Of a stretch of 64,000 bases of DNA, positions 36,912 through 50,304 are shown in pieces (the stretch's first letter is position 1; each line of letters opens with the position of its first letter). The position numbers and the translations under genes were made by a program. The notes under the pieces are model-generated. The model was not told the origin of the DNA, did not search any database, and saw nothing but the letters and a program-made list of their open reading frames with translations. The DNA lies in NCBI GenBank assembly GCA_002104905.1, contig MCFE01000240.1:1-64000 (forward strand). The letters are read 5' to 3'. This DNA is from Basidiobolus meristosporus CBS 931.73. Lineage: Eukaryota; Fungi; Basidiobolomycota.

Positions 36912-37632
36912 ATGTCCACAACAAGCGAAGCAATCGCCACAATCGAGGAAGTCCCGGCGGTAAATCCAACTGCTGAGGTACTGTTTTTATATATCTCTTG
37001 CTTGAGTTGCCCTGTTTTAATGCTTCCTGCAATCTAGAAGCCCGTAGAGAAATCAGAAGTAAGGAAAAATCCATGCCAAACCACACCTCATTTGTAACCG
37101 TTCTTTTTTAGAAAGTATTTGATGTTGAGCAAGTGACCAGCATCCTGAAACAGGTACAGTTTCGCACTGTTCGTTTGTCGCTTGCAATATACAAGTCGCT
37201 CCTTTTTTTTCCTAATGCTACGTTTCAGACTGTCGAGAACACCATTGTGGAGCACACATATGTTCACTCTAGGGCCAAGGAATGGAACAACACAATAACC
37301 GAGAACTGTTTGAAGAGATTAGCCCTCCTCAACAAGTCCATCAAGTACATAGGTATGTGCATTATTGCTAAGTCGGAATTTCTTGGCGTGCTCTAACCAT
37401 CTTGGCCATACTTGTCTTGGTGTTAGTGAATTGTACTATTCTTGAGAACAACGGCTCAGGTATACACACTGCCAACTCGTGCTACTGGGATGAGGCACAT
37501 GATGGTATGTGGCATATTTATCTGCTATTCAATAATTGCTTCTAAACTCGCGTGAACGTAGCCATGGCGTCATATCATTTCACCAACGATGTGGTCCATG
37601 TTATTGTAACGGCATACGGCTGTGCAGTATAA
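36912..37632 (+). CDS. DYNLT1: Tctex-1-type dynein light chain, multi-exon
   Basis: Spliced reading 'VFDVEQVTSILKQ|TVENTIVEHTYVHSRAKEWNNTITENCLKRLALLNKSIKYI|VNCTILENNGSGIHTANSCYWD...D' matches Tctex-1. First exon is tentative. Confidence 0.82.
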
Positions 37633-37982
37633 CCCTCTGGATGAGCACTTCGCCACGATATACTAGATTCAACGGCCAAAATGACTCGATGTGCACTTCG
37701 TCTCTCTTTTAACACCCGTTTATTTCGTTTGCTCTGTCCTGTCAAAGGTTAACAGACTACAAAAATCATGCAACTGCGTGAACCAAGAAGGCTTGCCTCC
37801 CAACAGAATAAATGGCTTGATATCAACTCCAACTTGACCACAACGTTATGAACAAAGCAAGTATTAGAAAGTAATAAACCAAGAAGCTAAGCGGTAGTTG
37901 CATGAGTTCAAAATGCGAAAAAGTGTAGATCTATAAACTTTTGTCCGGTCGAGGGATTTAAACAACAACGTCGTATTAGTTA

Positions 37983-39412
37983 CTACCGAGTGTTGTGTCG
38001 AATCATCCCTGGGTGGGGAAAGTTGAACCCAAATCTAGACACAGGGTTGGCGTTGGCTCTCTGTTGAATGAATGACTTAGTATAAAGCGGAGTTTTCTTA
38101 GATGATAGAATAGGGCCTGACATAGATATCTGCTTGTACCTGAGGGATGTGCATTAAAGAGCGTCCATACACCAATGGTGGTCGGATAAATCCAGGTGCC
38201 ATTCTAAAATCTCGCTCTGCAATACCAATTGTTAGTACAAAAGAGGCAACAGCAATTCTGACCTGACGGCCACCCACCATTATAATACCCATTTCTTCCC
38301 CGATTCTACGATAGAACATTTCAAGTATGATTAGTTAGTTCGTTCATCGTAGTAGGCGAGTGGAAAAGTGTATTTACAGGATACTGTGATACAAAAGCGC
38401 GTCCTCTTCCAGGATAGTGGAAAGCACCGCCACCTCGAGTGCTGGCTCCCGTCCGCGAGCTCTTGCGATAGCTACTAGGGTTGTTGTTGTAATTGGGCGG
38501 GGGAGCATTAGCTGGACTTCGTCTTCTCTTAAAAGCTGGATTAGGGACATTAAAGGAGGACTCTCGTGAATGTGTGGGGTCATGTGATTTTTTGCTATCT
38601 TCGATATCTAGATATATCAAAGTGGGTCTGTCAGTTAACAGTCGTGAACAAACCAAGATGCTGAAGCATTCAAATACCTATTGGGCTTGATGACTTTTCC
38701 CTTAAAGTCTCTGTGTTTTTATCGCTACTGAAAAGAGAAGAATATGTAAGAAAGGGAAAATGAAGTTTGACGGTTTAGCGAAAAAAAACACGAGCCAGAA
38801 CGCTGGCATGTCGATATATATATATACATATAAAGTGAATACATACTCTTCAGGGTCGCTCTCTTGCACTGCACCCTCTTCGTTTTCTTCTGTGATTATC
38901 TTTTTGAAAGCAATGAAGAGTTTGTGCTTCTCTTCCTTTAGTTTCTCGATTTTTTTGACTATCCTTTCCTCTTCACCTTCGAGCTCTGCAAGAAGAGCTT
39001 CATTTGAGTTGGCTTTTATGGGTGAGGTGATAACTTCAGTAGGTGTCTCGGTTAAGGGAACAGTGGTATCATTATTTGAAGGATTTGAATCAGAATAGGT
39101 AGGTGGTTTTTGAGGCGGGGGGTCTTCGGGTGGAGAAGAGATGCCACAAGAATCCATGGTACTTTGTGGTTGTGTTGAAAGTAAATTAGAACTAGATCCC
39201 ACATCAGAAGGATCCTGAATGGAAGAAATAAGAGTGGTGGTGTGAAGCGGATCAACACCACCCTCTACAACGTCTATTTCCTGGTTTTCATCTTCAGAAC
39301 CAGACAGCGAGTCTTTTTCTAAGAGAATCTTTCTGTGCGAGATGGCTTTTTTCAGTGCTTCTAATCTTTTGGGTTCAATTGGGGGTGTTTTAAGTTGTAC
39401 TAGAACTGCCAT
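37983..39412 (-). CDS. GPS2 (G-protein pathway suppressor 2)-like coiled-coil protein, multi-exon
   Basis: 'LEALKKAISHRK' and 'IVKKIEKLKEEKHKLFIAFKKIITEENE' resemble the GPS2 N-terminal coiled coil (LQEEKHQLFLQLKKVLHEEEK). Low-complexity P/S/G/R C-terminus; the 3' exons beyond 38321 are tentative. Confidence 0.6.
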
Positions 39413-40241
39413 ATCTCGCTCGAGTTAACAAGAATAAGACGATACAAATCTTTTAGGATAAAAGTAAGTATTTCAAACCAAATTGCACCGTAGTCAACTC
39501 AAACTAGTTTCTTTTTTTCAAATTGATTCAATAAGGTATCGCTGGTGGAGACAGTGCGAAGAATCACGAGACATATCACGATGACTGATTCCACGGTCAA
39601 CATCGAAGCCTCCCTCCTCGGGCGTGAATTGGCCAATAAACTCCGACCTAACGCGACTCCGATGGAACGAACGCATCTGATATACTCTCCCTCCATCAAC
39701 TGCATATAAACACAACAGACCATGTATGCGCCGGGCATTGATCGACACTGCATCGTCTCCACACGGCGTAGTTGACTTGATTGCGGTTATTCAACGATGT
39801 ACTCAACTGTCCATTGGTTTTAGGTTTATTGAATTTCTATGATCAAACAAATAGAAAAACCGCCGTATAAATAAATCGACACCTCAATGAAGATATAATG
39901 ATCAATCAAGTATTAATCAAAGAATGCGCTTGGAATACCTTCGATCAATGAAGGGAATTTAATTTATGTGGAGCTGACAAATCACGATTCGTAACCTGAT
40001 CCAATGGTACGGGCGAATTGGGTTGGCTCGCCTCTTCATTAAATAGGCGAATATCTGCCGGAGTTCCCAGCGACTATTTTTATTAAGTTCGTGTACCATT
40101 CATTTGCTTTCCTTTGATCCTGATTAGCTACTACTGGCAGTCGTCAGCCGGTCAGCCAGCTGGATTCAATAAATATTAACCTCCCTTCTACCGGTCCGCG
40201 ATTTTTGGTTTTTGATCTCCTACACTCTACACGCTTTGATC

Positions 40242-42560
40242 ATGCTGAAAGAGAGTCTACTAACTCCATCAATATCCAGCGTGTATCAAGAGAATAACGA
40301 ACGCCCTAAAGAGATGGCAGTCACCGTAATCCAACGGTGGTGGAGGGGTCGGCCTTTCGCCTCGTCCATTAAAGAATATGGTCGTTTTAATATCACTCTG
40401 CGCAGATTACAACGACTACCTGTCGAGGCCGTCATGGAGCTAATCCAATCTAAATCTTTAATCTTCGTCACATCTAAACTTTTGCATCGCATTCGGCGGT
40501 GCCCTATCTCCTCAAACTCTCTTAATCGATATAAAAACCTGGCTAAACAATTCCTAACTGCATACTTAATGGTGGCACATTCACAAGAGGTACTCACGAC
40601 ACAAACTAAACAGGAGGAGGTAACTCTACATCTTACAAAAGAAAACCCCTTCCTTCGTGATCAAGTTCTGACTATAATCTTTCGCGTTTAGGAGCTGGTT
40701 GTGTCTGGGTTGTTGATGATTCAAAGTTTCGAAACCTGGCTGCGGAAATATTTCAACCCTGATGGCAATCTATTTCTGGAAACCTTTATTGAAAACCTCA
40801 AAGCATTCTACGATATCTTTGAAGTGTGGAAGCAGAAAGACAACGAAAAGATAATCGCCAGTATGATGAGTCATTATTTGGAAATGGACCGTCTTTGGAT
40901 TACTGTAAAGGATCATCCAGCGGCCGCTGCTCAGTATGAACCTCAATTGAGCAACAATCGCAAAGAGCTCGAGCATCAAATATTCAAAGTAGGTGGTCGT
41001 GAGGCGCTTACAAGGCTTTTTCAGGAGCGCCAAAAGGCTCGCGAAGAGCAGGGAGCTGAAGAGCCTTCACCTATAGATGACCCTCGAAACCCCACATCTG
41101 AGAGTGCAGCTAGCACATTTGTTGAGCTCAATGACGATGGGTCTGAGTCCTCTGATATCGAATCAGAGACCAACTTCAAGCGAGTACAACTTGCACGTAT
41201 CGATCGACAAATATCCAATATTTTGATTGGTTTTACGAGCGAGGAGATACTAACTAACGAGCAGCTGGCCCATGAGCTCCTTCTAGACCCCGAGTTTGAG
41301 CTGACCATCGCCAAGGGCACCGAACTTGAAGAACGTGTCCGCGAAATGGCTACCAAGGCATTCTTTGATACAGCTCGAGAGGAATTCAGCCAAGGAAGGT
41401 ATACTGTGTGGCTACCTCAGTTGTTGGTTGATGTGAAAAATGTAACGGTTTTCTTTGGTTGTAACTCATTGGAATTCCCCTAATCATATTGTTTTCTCCA
41501 GAGGCTTCTTGAGTTGGTTTCTAGACAGAGTCCTATTTACAACGAAATCCAAGATGTGGTGGATATCGAGCTTATTACTCAGCAGGTGAAATCCGGATCA
41601 TACGACGTTCCCAAGCTGATGAAGTTCATCACCCAAACCATGCTGCATTTATGTGCTCCAGTGCGTGATCAAGCCATCCGCGAAATTCAAGAGATGACTG
41701 ATCTGGCGACGGTGTTCCAACGCTTGATAGAGATTTTGCAGGATATGAGACTCGATCTCGCTAATTATCGTCTACATCTTCTGCGCCCTGTGATACAGGA
41801 GTACGGAATTGAATACGAGAGAGAGAAGTTTGATGTAACTTTGAAGGCCAAGATGGTGACATTGGAGCGTACGAACACGTGGTTACGTGAAGCGGTCAAG
41901 TCATTGAAGAATAAGCAGCAACAGACTAATCAGAGAGTCAACAGTCGTTTTGAGCTTGTCTACTACGAAGCATTGGTGTCGACTGTATTCAGCATGACTG
42001 TTGTTCACCACGAGAATTGTCCTGAAACGTTAATGCTAGATGTGGATCGTTTATACGAATATCAGAACGAGTCACAAGCAGTCACTATTGTGGCAGCATT
42101 ATTAATGCTAAGTAAAAACATTGTACCGGAGTTCAGGCGAAACGAGGCATTGGCAACAGAGTTGAAAGATCGACTATTTGTTCTGCTGAAGGATCCTGGG
42201 ACAGTACTGGATAATCTCACGGTACAGCTCATTGCCTCTCTCACGGAGGCATCTCCCAATGATTCGCTCACGCCCGAGAACCAGGAGTTTATCCGAAATA
42301 TGGTTGACAAGACGCTCTCGTCCAAAGATCCAGTATACGCGTTGCTCTCTCGGCGGATATCGGAAGTACTATTCCTACATCTATCGACAGGTCGTTTTCC
42401 GCCACCCGAGAAACTCGTCAGCTATGGAATCGAAGGGGTTTCTGCACAACTCCAGTCCCTAAGTAAAAAGTTGGTAATGCTGGCGAAACATAACCGGGAG
42501 GTCTATGCACATCACTACAACGAACTCATCCGGGAAAGTTTGCGAGAGGAGGCCGAATAA
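40242..42560 (+). CDS. TCP11: T-complex protein 11 (TCP11/Sok1) family protein with an N-terminal IQ-like motif, 3 exons
   Basis: 'AVTVIQRWWRGR' IQ-like motif; 'EQLAHELLLDPEF', 'VREMATKAFFD', 'LCAPVRD', 'DMRLDLANYRL', 'CPETLMLDVDRL'; introns at ~40620-40692 and ~41441-41502. Confidence 0.88.
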
Positions 42561-42855
42561 TCGCTTCCACTTTGGAATCCAGCCTAGTCAGTAGTAATTT
42601 TCACTGGATTTGCACTCGCCCACCTTCTACTCCCTGTATTACTATGTAAATTTTTACTTCCAACATTATTTTATTGCCGCTTGCTCCAACTATCGAGTGA
42701 TATTCTGTTTCTATAATTCATGTAACCTATACATCAAGATAGTACTCCCATCTCCCTCTGAGAAATAAACCGTATCTCACGGCAAGGAAATATTTGAACT
42801 GAAGTCGGTCATCATTGGTATTCACAAGTAAAATTAAATATGGCCCGGCTTATCA

Positions 42856-44350
42856 TCAGTTGAATAGCATCTCGTCCAATCTGGAAATGACCTGTATTGT
42901 TGGGGGTTAGTTTCGATGTCAAGCTGATTCTCACTTGCCGTATAGATACCTGATGAATGTCGGGCCTTTGCTTAACATCAAGAACTAGGATGTACCGGAT
43001 GAGTTCACGAAGATGCTCCGAATACCTGCAAATAACAAGGGTCTCAGTCATTGGGACAAGGTGTGATCTATGTGGGTAGGGATTCATACAAGTCATCGCT
43101 GGGGAAGGTGTATTTACAATTCTGGACAGCAAGGGCGATGCTTCCGCCTTGGTCATTTTGGTTTGCTTCGAATGGGGATTGCCCATAGGTCATGGCATAA
43201 AGTAAGCATCCTAGTGACTGGGGGAGGGAGAAGGACCGTGAGGATCATCGTTGGAAATTCATCACTCGGTGACTTACCCATATGTCCACCTTCTCGTTTA
43301 GCACGCTTCCAGTTTTTACATCAAACAACTCCGGTGCTCTGTAAGCCATCGTCGAGAACTCCGCAGCGCGATCCTACACAAACCAGTGAGCTAGTGATAC
43401 AACGAGGATTAACGAGCGCAGATCCCTACTTGTTCCAACAGCGCTTGCTGGCGGGTTTTAATAACGGTTCTGGCACGAATCACGCTGCCGAAATCCATCA
43501 AAATGGGCGAACCATCATCGCTAATCATAATATTGCTGAGGAGAGAAGGGGTTAAAGATGGCTCTAAGGGGTTAAGTCTGTCAAAGAAGCAAATTACCTT
43601 GGTTTGATATCACGATGAGCGTAAGCTACGCGATTATTCTCATTCTCAGTGGCAATTTCAGTTGGTTGTTCGGATGTTACCGGGATATTGGGCAGCTCGA
43701 AGGTATGAAGCTCGCGGACTGCTAAGCAAATGCCGTGGAATAGCTTTAAGATCTTTTTCTCTGGAAGTTGAAGATGATTCATCACATTCGCAGACAAAAC
43801 ATCTTGGAGAGTCCCATTCTTCATGCATACTGGTTAGCCACTAAGTAGTCTAGTAATACGAGTGTTCGCTTACCTTGTAGTAGGGAAGAAATATATATAC
43901 GATTTTGTCGCCGCTCCTGTCCTGAGTTACGCAGTTATCCTACGACGGAGTAAAAGGTTATCAAGGGAACACGCGCGCTCTGTTCACAAACGAAGCACAT
44001 ACCAATACCCTGATGATGTTTGGATGAGAGAACAGTTTGTAGAGTTCAGCTTCACGCATGGCGTCCTTAAAAGAATCTGTGCCCAAGGGGCATTGAATCT
44101 TTTTGAGCGCAAATTGGCGACCTGTAGTAGAGTCTCGTACCAAGTAAACCATGCTGAAACCACTATACTGCAAGGTTAGCATGCGACTCTAGTTCACTAG
44201 AGTTTCAATTATACTTTCTTACCCTTCACCAAGTAATTTAATTATTTTAAAACTACGTCCATTAATGTTAAGCACTGGCAACGGGATGCAGCTGGATAAG
44301 CCTAGATACACCAGACTCTTGAGCTCGGAAGCTGCTTTGGATAAAGCCAT
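42856..44350 (-). CDS. NAK-family Ser/Thr kinase (STK16/Env7-like), multi-exon
   Basis: LGEGGFS, FALKKI, 'FSHPNII', HRDIKP, 'ILMDFGS', 'STMAYRAPELFDVKTG', 'KVDIWSLGC' and 'RPDIHQ' assembled across GT-AG introns. Confidence 0.9.
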
Positions 44351-44934
44351 TATTGAGAAATAAAGGAGGAAAGGAGAAACGTGTCTTGTCAATTCTTGTA
44401 CACCCTTTGTAGAAAGTGTATCGGTTCAAGCAGTGGTGCACTCAAAGTAGGCAAATATTTAAATGTATATTTCTATGATTTGTCTATTGTTGGGACAGTA
44501 AATCTAGCCACCGGTTATTATCGAGTTTAATTCCATATTAAATCATGTATCATCTTTGGGTGATATGGTTGCGTTGTCATTTGTGTGTTAAGGTGAGGTT
44601 TCCACCATGCATCTTCACGTACATCCCACTCGGTCCCCATTGCTAAATGCAAATGGATTCTGATCCATACATAGCAGCTGCTCCTCACATATGCTACAAA
44701 GTGTACTTTGAGGTATAATTACCGAAGATTAAAATCCCTTAAAATATCGAGATATGATAGGTACATCGAACAATGAAGTTTTATACTGGTCGAATTAAGT
44801 TTCTAGTTTATAGTCAGCCATTAACGCTGATAAATACAACAAATGATGTGATTATTATAGTGTGTGTGTGTGGGGGGGGTGAAATATATGAAACAGTAAA
44901 GTTAAACTAAATTCTGACTAGAATTGAACTTTGC

Positions 44935-46540
44935 TTAACCGCGGTTAGTGAACAAACTGCCGGAGCCTTCTTGGACAGTGGCGATCTTACGAATGGCATT
45001 GGCAATGGCAGCGGTACGGTAACAAGTCTTCAACTCGTTGGCGGTGGCTCTGGTTTCTTGACAGGCATTGATCATGGTGTCCTCAAGTCCAGAGTACACC
45101 AACTCGTGCTCCTCAGCTCCATGAATGACATTGCGGCGCTCAGACTCGGTGAGCTTGCGTCCTGCGTTCTCCTCGACAAGCTTGAGGATCTGGGATTTGC
45201 CAAGCTCGTCCCACTTCTTGTTCATACGTCCGAATCGGATGTGGGAAAGGTTCTTGAGCCACTCGAAGTATGACACACACACACCACCGGCGTTGAGCAG
45301 CAAGTCAGGAATAACAACCTTGCCACTCTCCACAAGGGCCTCATGCGCTCCAGGGGTGATGGGTCCGTTGGCTGCCTCTCCAATGATCTTCGCCTTGATG
45401 TTCTTGACGTTCTTGAGGCCGATTTGACGCTCAAGAGCTGCTGGGATGAGGACATCACAGTCCATCTCCATCACCTTGATGGGATCTTCGATGATCTGGC
45501 ATCCATAGTCACGGAACGTGCCATTCTTCTGCTTGTACTCCAGCAATTTGTCAATGTTAAGTCCATTCTCGTCGTATGCGGCACAGTCGCGCTCAGCAAT
45601 ACCGACAATCTTGGCTCCATCGGCTTCGAAGAACTTGGCTGCCCAGTATCCGACGTTACCGAAACCTTGGATGATCACTCTGGTTCCCTCCATCTTGCCG
45701 GAGAGTCCGGTCTGCTTCTGAACCTCGGGGAACTTCATGAACTCGCGAACACCATAGTACACTCCGAGACCGGTGGCTTCGTTGCGTCCACGGACTCCTC
45801 CTTGAGAGATGGGCTTGCCAGTGACACAACCCATGGAGTTGACATCGGAGGGGTTGAACTGTCTGTAGGTGTCCATGATCCAGGACATCTCACGGGGTCC
45901 AGTACCGACATCTGGGGCGGGCACATCAATACCAGGGCCAATGAAGTTCTTCTGACAAAGCTCCATGGTGAAGCGACGAGTGATACGCTCCAGTTGGGCT
46001 GGTGTGTACTTCTTGGGGTCGATGGCCACTCCTCCCTTGGCTCCGCCAAATGGAACGTCAACAACTGCACACTTGTAGGTCATGAGGGAGGCCAACGCCT
46101 CGACCTCTTGCATGTCAACATCGTCAGCATAACGGATACCTCCCTTCACGGGGAGACGATGGTGGGAGTGTTGTGCACGGTAGCCACGGATGATCTCCTC
46201 CTTGCCCTCATCAGTCTCCACTGGGAAGCTGACACTGAGGATGGCATCAACACGCTTGATGGCGGCGAGGGTGTTGCTGCTTACTCCGCTCACACCGGCG
46301 GCTTTGTCGAAGAACTGCTCAACACATTGCAAGAAGTTAGGCTCGGACTCTTCACAGGCAGCGTTGGCTGAGCTGTATTGTCTGAGGATTGGCAGGGAGC
46401 GGACGCCAACAGGAACCACTGCTTTGCGAAGGCTATAAACGGAAGAAGTTAGGATTAGCCGGAGTTGAACTAGGCCATTGAGATAATCCATATTTGGCGT
46501 ACCTGGAGGTGGAAGTCCTGGCAAGAAGAGCGAAGGCCAT
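44935..46540 (-). CDS. GDH: Glutamate dehydrogenase, GLUD-type (copy 1, 511 aa, intron 46433-46502)
   Basis: 'KGGIRY', 'PFGGAKGG', 'VPAPDVGT', 'VTGKP...GG..GR..ATG', 'IQGFGNVG', 'EAANGP', 'NAGGVCVSYFEWLKN'; mitochondrial-transit-like N-terminus. Confidence 0.95.
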
Positions 46541-47384
46541 AGTAATTAGTTTGAGGGATGAATTTACTGCTTGTCGTTGATCCTAGCTAGGGTATTTAAA
46601 TAACCTAATCCAAGCCACTTCACATACAATTATACCACTAATGTTGGGGGATAAAATCCTTACGTGTTACATCATATATTCTAGTGGGCATTTGGTATAT
46701 CATGGGATAATCCCAATCGGTGCTCGGCTTATTCTGCCATTTTTGTGAGCAACGTTGTATGCTGAAATTTTGGCTGGATTACAGTTGCCCGAAATATATG
46801 TCAAAGAATGTCTCAGTTTGATTAGATTTAGTGGCCAATCACATCCCCTTTAGTAATGCCAACATCTAGAATGAATGAGACATCCCTCCACATGACCACC
46901 TCATCACATTATTTCGTAGATTCAATCTCAAATGGTCGGAATTTACTTTTTCACCACCGCTTACGAACCTGGCGGACACGTTACAGAAGTATTTTATTTT
47001 GACAGATTGCCCACACGTTTTCAATGCAACTCAAGTGAATTGCAGGCCTATATTAATTGTCAGTAACTTACCGCTTTTGACTTAAACAGGGCCCAGGTTG
47101 GTAGCAATCGGCTAAACAATTCTTGACAGCACGAGGGGCCCAAGATAGATTGATAATTGCGTTGCGATTCCCCTTATACGTAAACGCCGATACTAATACT
47201 GCATTATGATACTTTCGCAATAGAGAGAACCGAAAACTCGAACCAGACCCCCGTTATCGTATACTTGCATACAAAAGAGGAAAGAATCGAGGTATGAATG
47301 GTCAACTTTTACTTTATTTTCTACAATTGATGGTCATGACATTTACACAGGAGTTTTGGTATGACTGATCCTCTCTATTCCAAT

Positions 47385-48980
47385 CTAACCACGGTTAGTA
47401 AACAAACTACCGGAGCCTTCGTATACTGTAGCAATCTTGCGAATGGCATTAGCAATGGCAGCGGTACGATAGCAAGTCTTCAACTCGTTGGCGGTGGCTC
47501 TGGTTTCCTCGCAAGCGTTGATCATGGTGTCCTCAAGTCCAGAGTACACCAACTCATGCTCCTCAGCTCCATGAATGACATTGCGGCGCTCAGACTCGGT
47601 GAGCTTGCGTCCTGCGTTCTCCTCGACAAGCTTGAGGATCTGGGATTTGCCAAGCTCGTCCCACTTCTTGTTCATACGTCCGAATCGGATGTGGGAAAGG
47701 TTCTTGAGCCACTCGAAGTATGACACACACACACCACCGGCGTTGAGCAACAAGTCAGGAATAACAACCTTGCCACTCTCCACAAGGGCCTCATGCGCTC
47801 CAGGGGTGATGGGTCCGTTGGCTGCCTCTCCAATGATCTTCGCCTTGATGTTCTTGACGTTCTTGAGGCCGATTTGACGCTCAAGAGCTGCTGGGATGAG
47901 GACATCACAGTCCATCTCCATCACCTTGATGGGATCTTCGATGATCTGACAGTCATAACCACGGAAGGTGCCATTCTTCTGCTTGTACTCCAACAATTTG
48001 TCAATGTTGAGTCCGTTCTCGTCATACGCCGCACAGTCACGTTCACCAATACCGACAATCTTGGCTCCATCGGCTTCGAAGAACTTGGCTGCCCAGTATC
48101 CGACGTTACCGAAACCTTGGATGATCACTCTGGTTCCTTCCATCTTGCCGGAGAGTCCGGTCTGCTTCTGAACCTCGGGGAACTTCATGAACTCGCGAAC
48201 ACCATAGTACACTCCGAGACCGGTGGCTTCGGTACGTCCACGGACTCCTCCTTGAGAGATGGGCTTGCCAGTGACACAACCCATGGAGTTGACATCGGAG
48301 GGGTTGAACTGTCTGTAGGTGTCCATGATCCAGGACATCTCACGGGGTCCAGTACCGACATCTGGGGCGGGCACATCAATACCAGGGCCAATGAAGTTCT
48401 TCTGACAAAGCTCCATGGTGTAACGGCGCGTGATACGCTCCAATTGAGCCACAGTATACTTCTTGGGGTCGATGGCCACTCCTCCCTTGGCTCCGCCAAA
48501 TGGAACGTCAACAACTGCACACTTGTAGGTCATGAGGGAGGCCAACGCCTCGACCTCTTGCATGTCAACATCGTCAGCATAACGGATACCTCCCTTCACG
48601 GGGAGACGATGGTGGGAGTGTTGTGCACGGTAGCCACGGATGATCTCCTCCTTGCCCTCATCAGTCTCCACCGGGAAAGTGACACTGAGGACAGAATCGA
48701 CACGCTTGATGGCGGCAAGAGTTTTGTCGCTGACACCACTTACACTAGCGGCTTTATCAAAATATTGGCTAACACACTGCAAGAAGTTAGGCTCGGACTC
48801 TTCACAGGCAGCGTTGGCTGAGCTGTATTGTCTCAGGACAGGAAGAGAGCGGAGGCCAATGGGGGTAACAACTCTTCGAAGGCTGCAGAGAAAATTGGGA
48901 TTTAGTACAAGTGCCGGATGTAATAGAATAGTGTATTCCATGTGTTACCTGTGTGTTTTGGCTAGAAGTGTAAATGACAT
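47385..48980 (-). CDS. GDH: Glutamate dehydrogenase, GLUD-type (copy 2, 509 aa, intron 48883-48948)
   Basis: Same motifs as copy 1, with substitution clusters near the N-terminus (VSQYFDKAAS, SDKT, DSVLSVTF) and elsewhere (TVAQ, RYT, RTEA, GIGE, RGYD, VYEG). Confidence 0.95.
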
Positions 48981-50304
48981 CTTGACAGTTGAAGTTATTG
49001 TTAGAAGTAACAAATTATTTATAGGGTAAAACTAATGTATACGCATTACACAGATGATTGGTGGAACCAACCAGGATTTAGTCCAATCTCATTTAGATGC
49101 TGGATAAGCCAGAATTATCAACAGCCATTAAGAGCGGCTACGTAATCAACCGCTTTCCAGTAAGAGATTGTCATCCATATTACCCATGGAACCCAGGAAC
49201 CCTGGTTAACATGTCAACCAACCTTACTAAATGGTGAAATCCACAAACTCCGACCAACTGTGACACACAGACGTATTGTTGGTGGCTGATCAGTATATTT
49301 ATCCTGTAAGTTTTCCCCACAAATCAGGTAGCATATTTGGTCAGGAGCATCCAGTTTTCCCAGGCTGTAGTAACTTTAAACCACGCATTATTATTAGGCA
49401 CCTGCTTTGACACATCCACGCTGGATTTGGCGGTTGCCATTTGAGTCATTTCTCGATTCAGCCATGCGGTTTTGGCCAGAATGGCGCCTCACCACCATGA
49501 GGTGCACAAATGGAAATGTTTCAAGCACAAATGCATGGGTGGTAGCATCGCTTGTAATTGCACCAGAGGAAAGCGGTCAAGGCCAACTATTACCTAGAGA
49601 TTCAATAGGTTTCTAATCTATTTCGATCCATTCTTGTAACAGAGCTCATTGGTGTCTCATTTGCATCCCAAATCCTCCTACCAAGATGGCCGTCCTTTTT
49701 GGTGATTTCCTAACCCAAATTATGGATTCTGGTGATACCCTGGCCATTTCTCTTCCAAAGTTGGGCGATGCTAGAGTCGCCAAACAAAGCGTGTTGCTGT
49801 TAGTTGAAGTGCTGATAGGGTGGCTCTCTTGGCTAGGGACAACGTATTGGGTATATGGGTTTTTACATACGAGACTAGCGTAGCAAATGGGTTTCTACAC
49901 ATGAGGTTGTTCCATGGCTACGCTCGTGTGAAATTCTGCCAAGTACCAGTGGTTGAGGTTTCTCAGGGCTTTGTAACATCATTCACTGAAAATGGTTGCC
50001 ATATATCGAAGTTAGTTTACGATTGACGCTCGTCAATTTTTGACAGGTCACTCAGCAATATTCCCACCTTATGAAACATTCCTCTTGCACTTCATTGGCA
50101 GTCATCCGAATGAGTGGCCAATTCTGTGTGATGGTTGGTTAAATCCGGTGATATCCAGTTGATGGGAATTCCTCACTTGGTTACCCACAATACTTCCAAT
50201 GCAATCCACCACAAATGTAAACGGGGTTTAACGTGCGCATGGTGGCCAATTTAAATAGATCCCACCTGCTTCCATTCCTCACTCAGCATATTCCTACCGC
50301 AACA

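Noticed and set aside
39499-39790. GC-richer stretch with short overlapping ORFs and splice-like words upstream of the GPS2-like gene
   Set aside because: No coherent gene model or known ncRNA box motifs could be built. May be a 5' UTR or promoter; needs RNA-seq or Infernal.
45343-46371. 342-aa antisense ORFs opposite each GDH copy (also 47793-48821 and 50470-51498)
   Set aside because: They are exact codon-register mirrors of a highly biased gene, and their recurrence simply follows GDH identity. No independent domain or expression evidence.
49400-50250. Possible pseudogene or duplicated flank between GDH copies 2 and 3 (short word matches to 52100-52400)
   Set aside because: Only isolated matches of about 11 bp; no sustained alignment or ORF visible.
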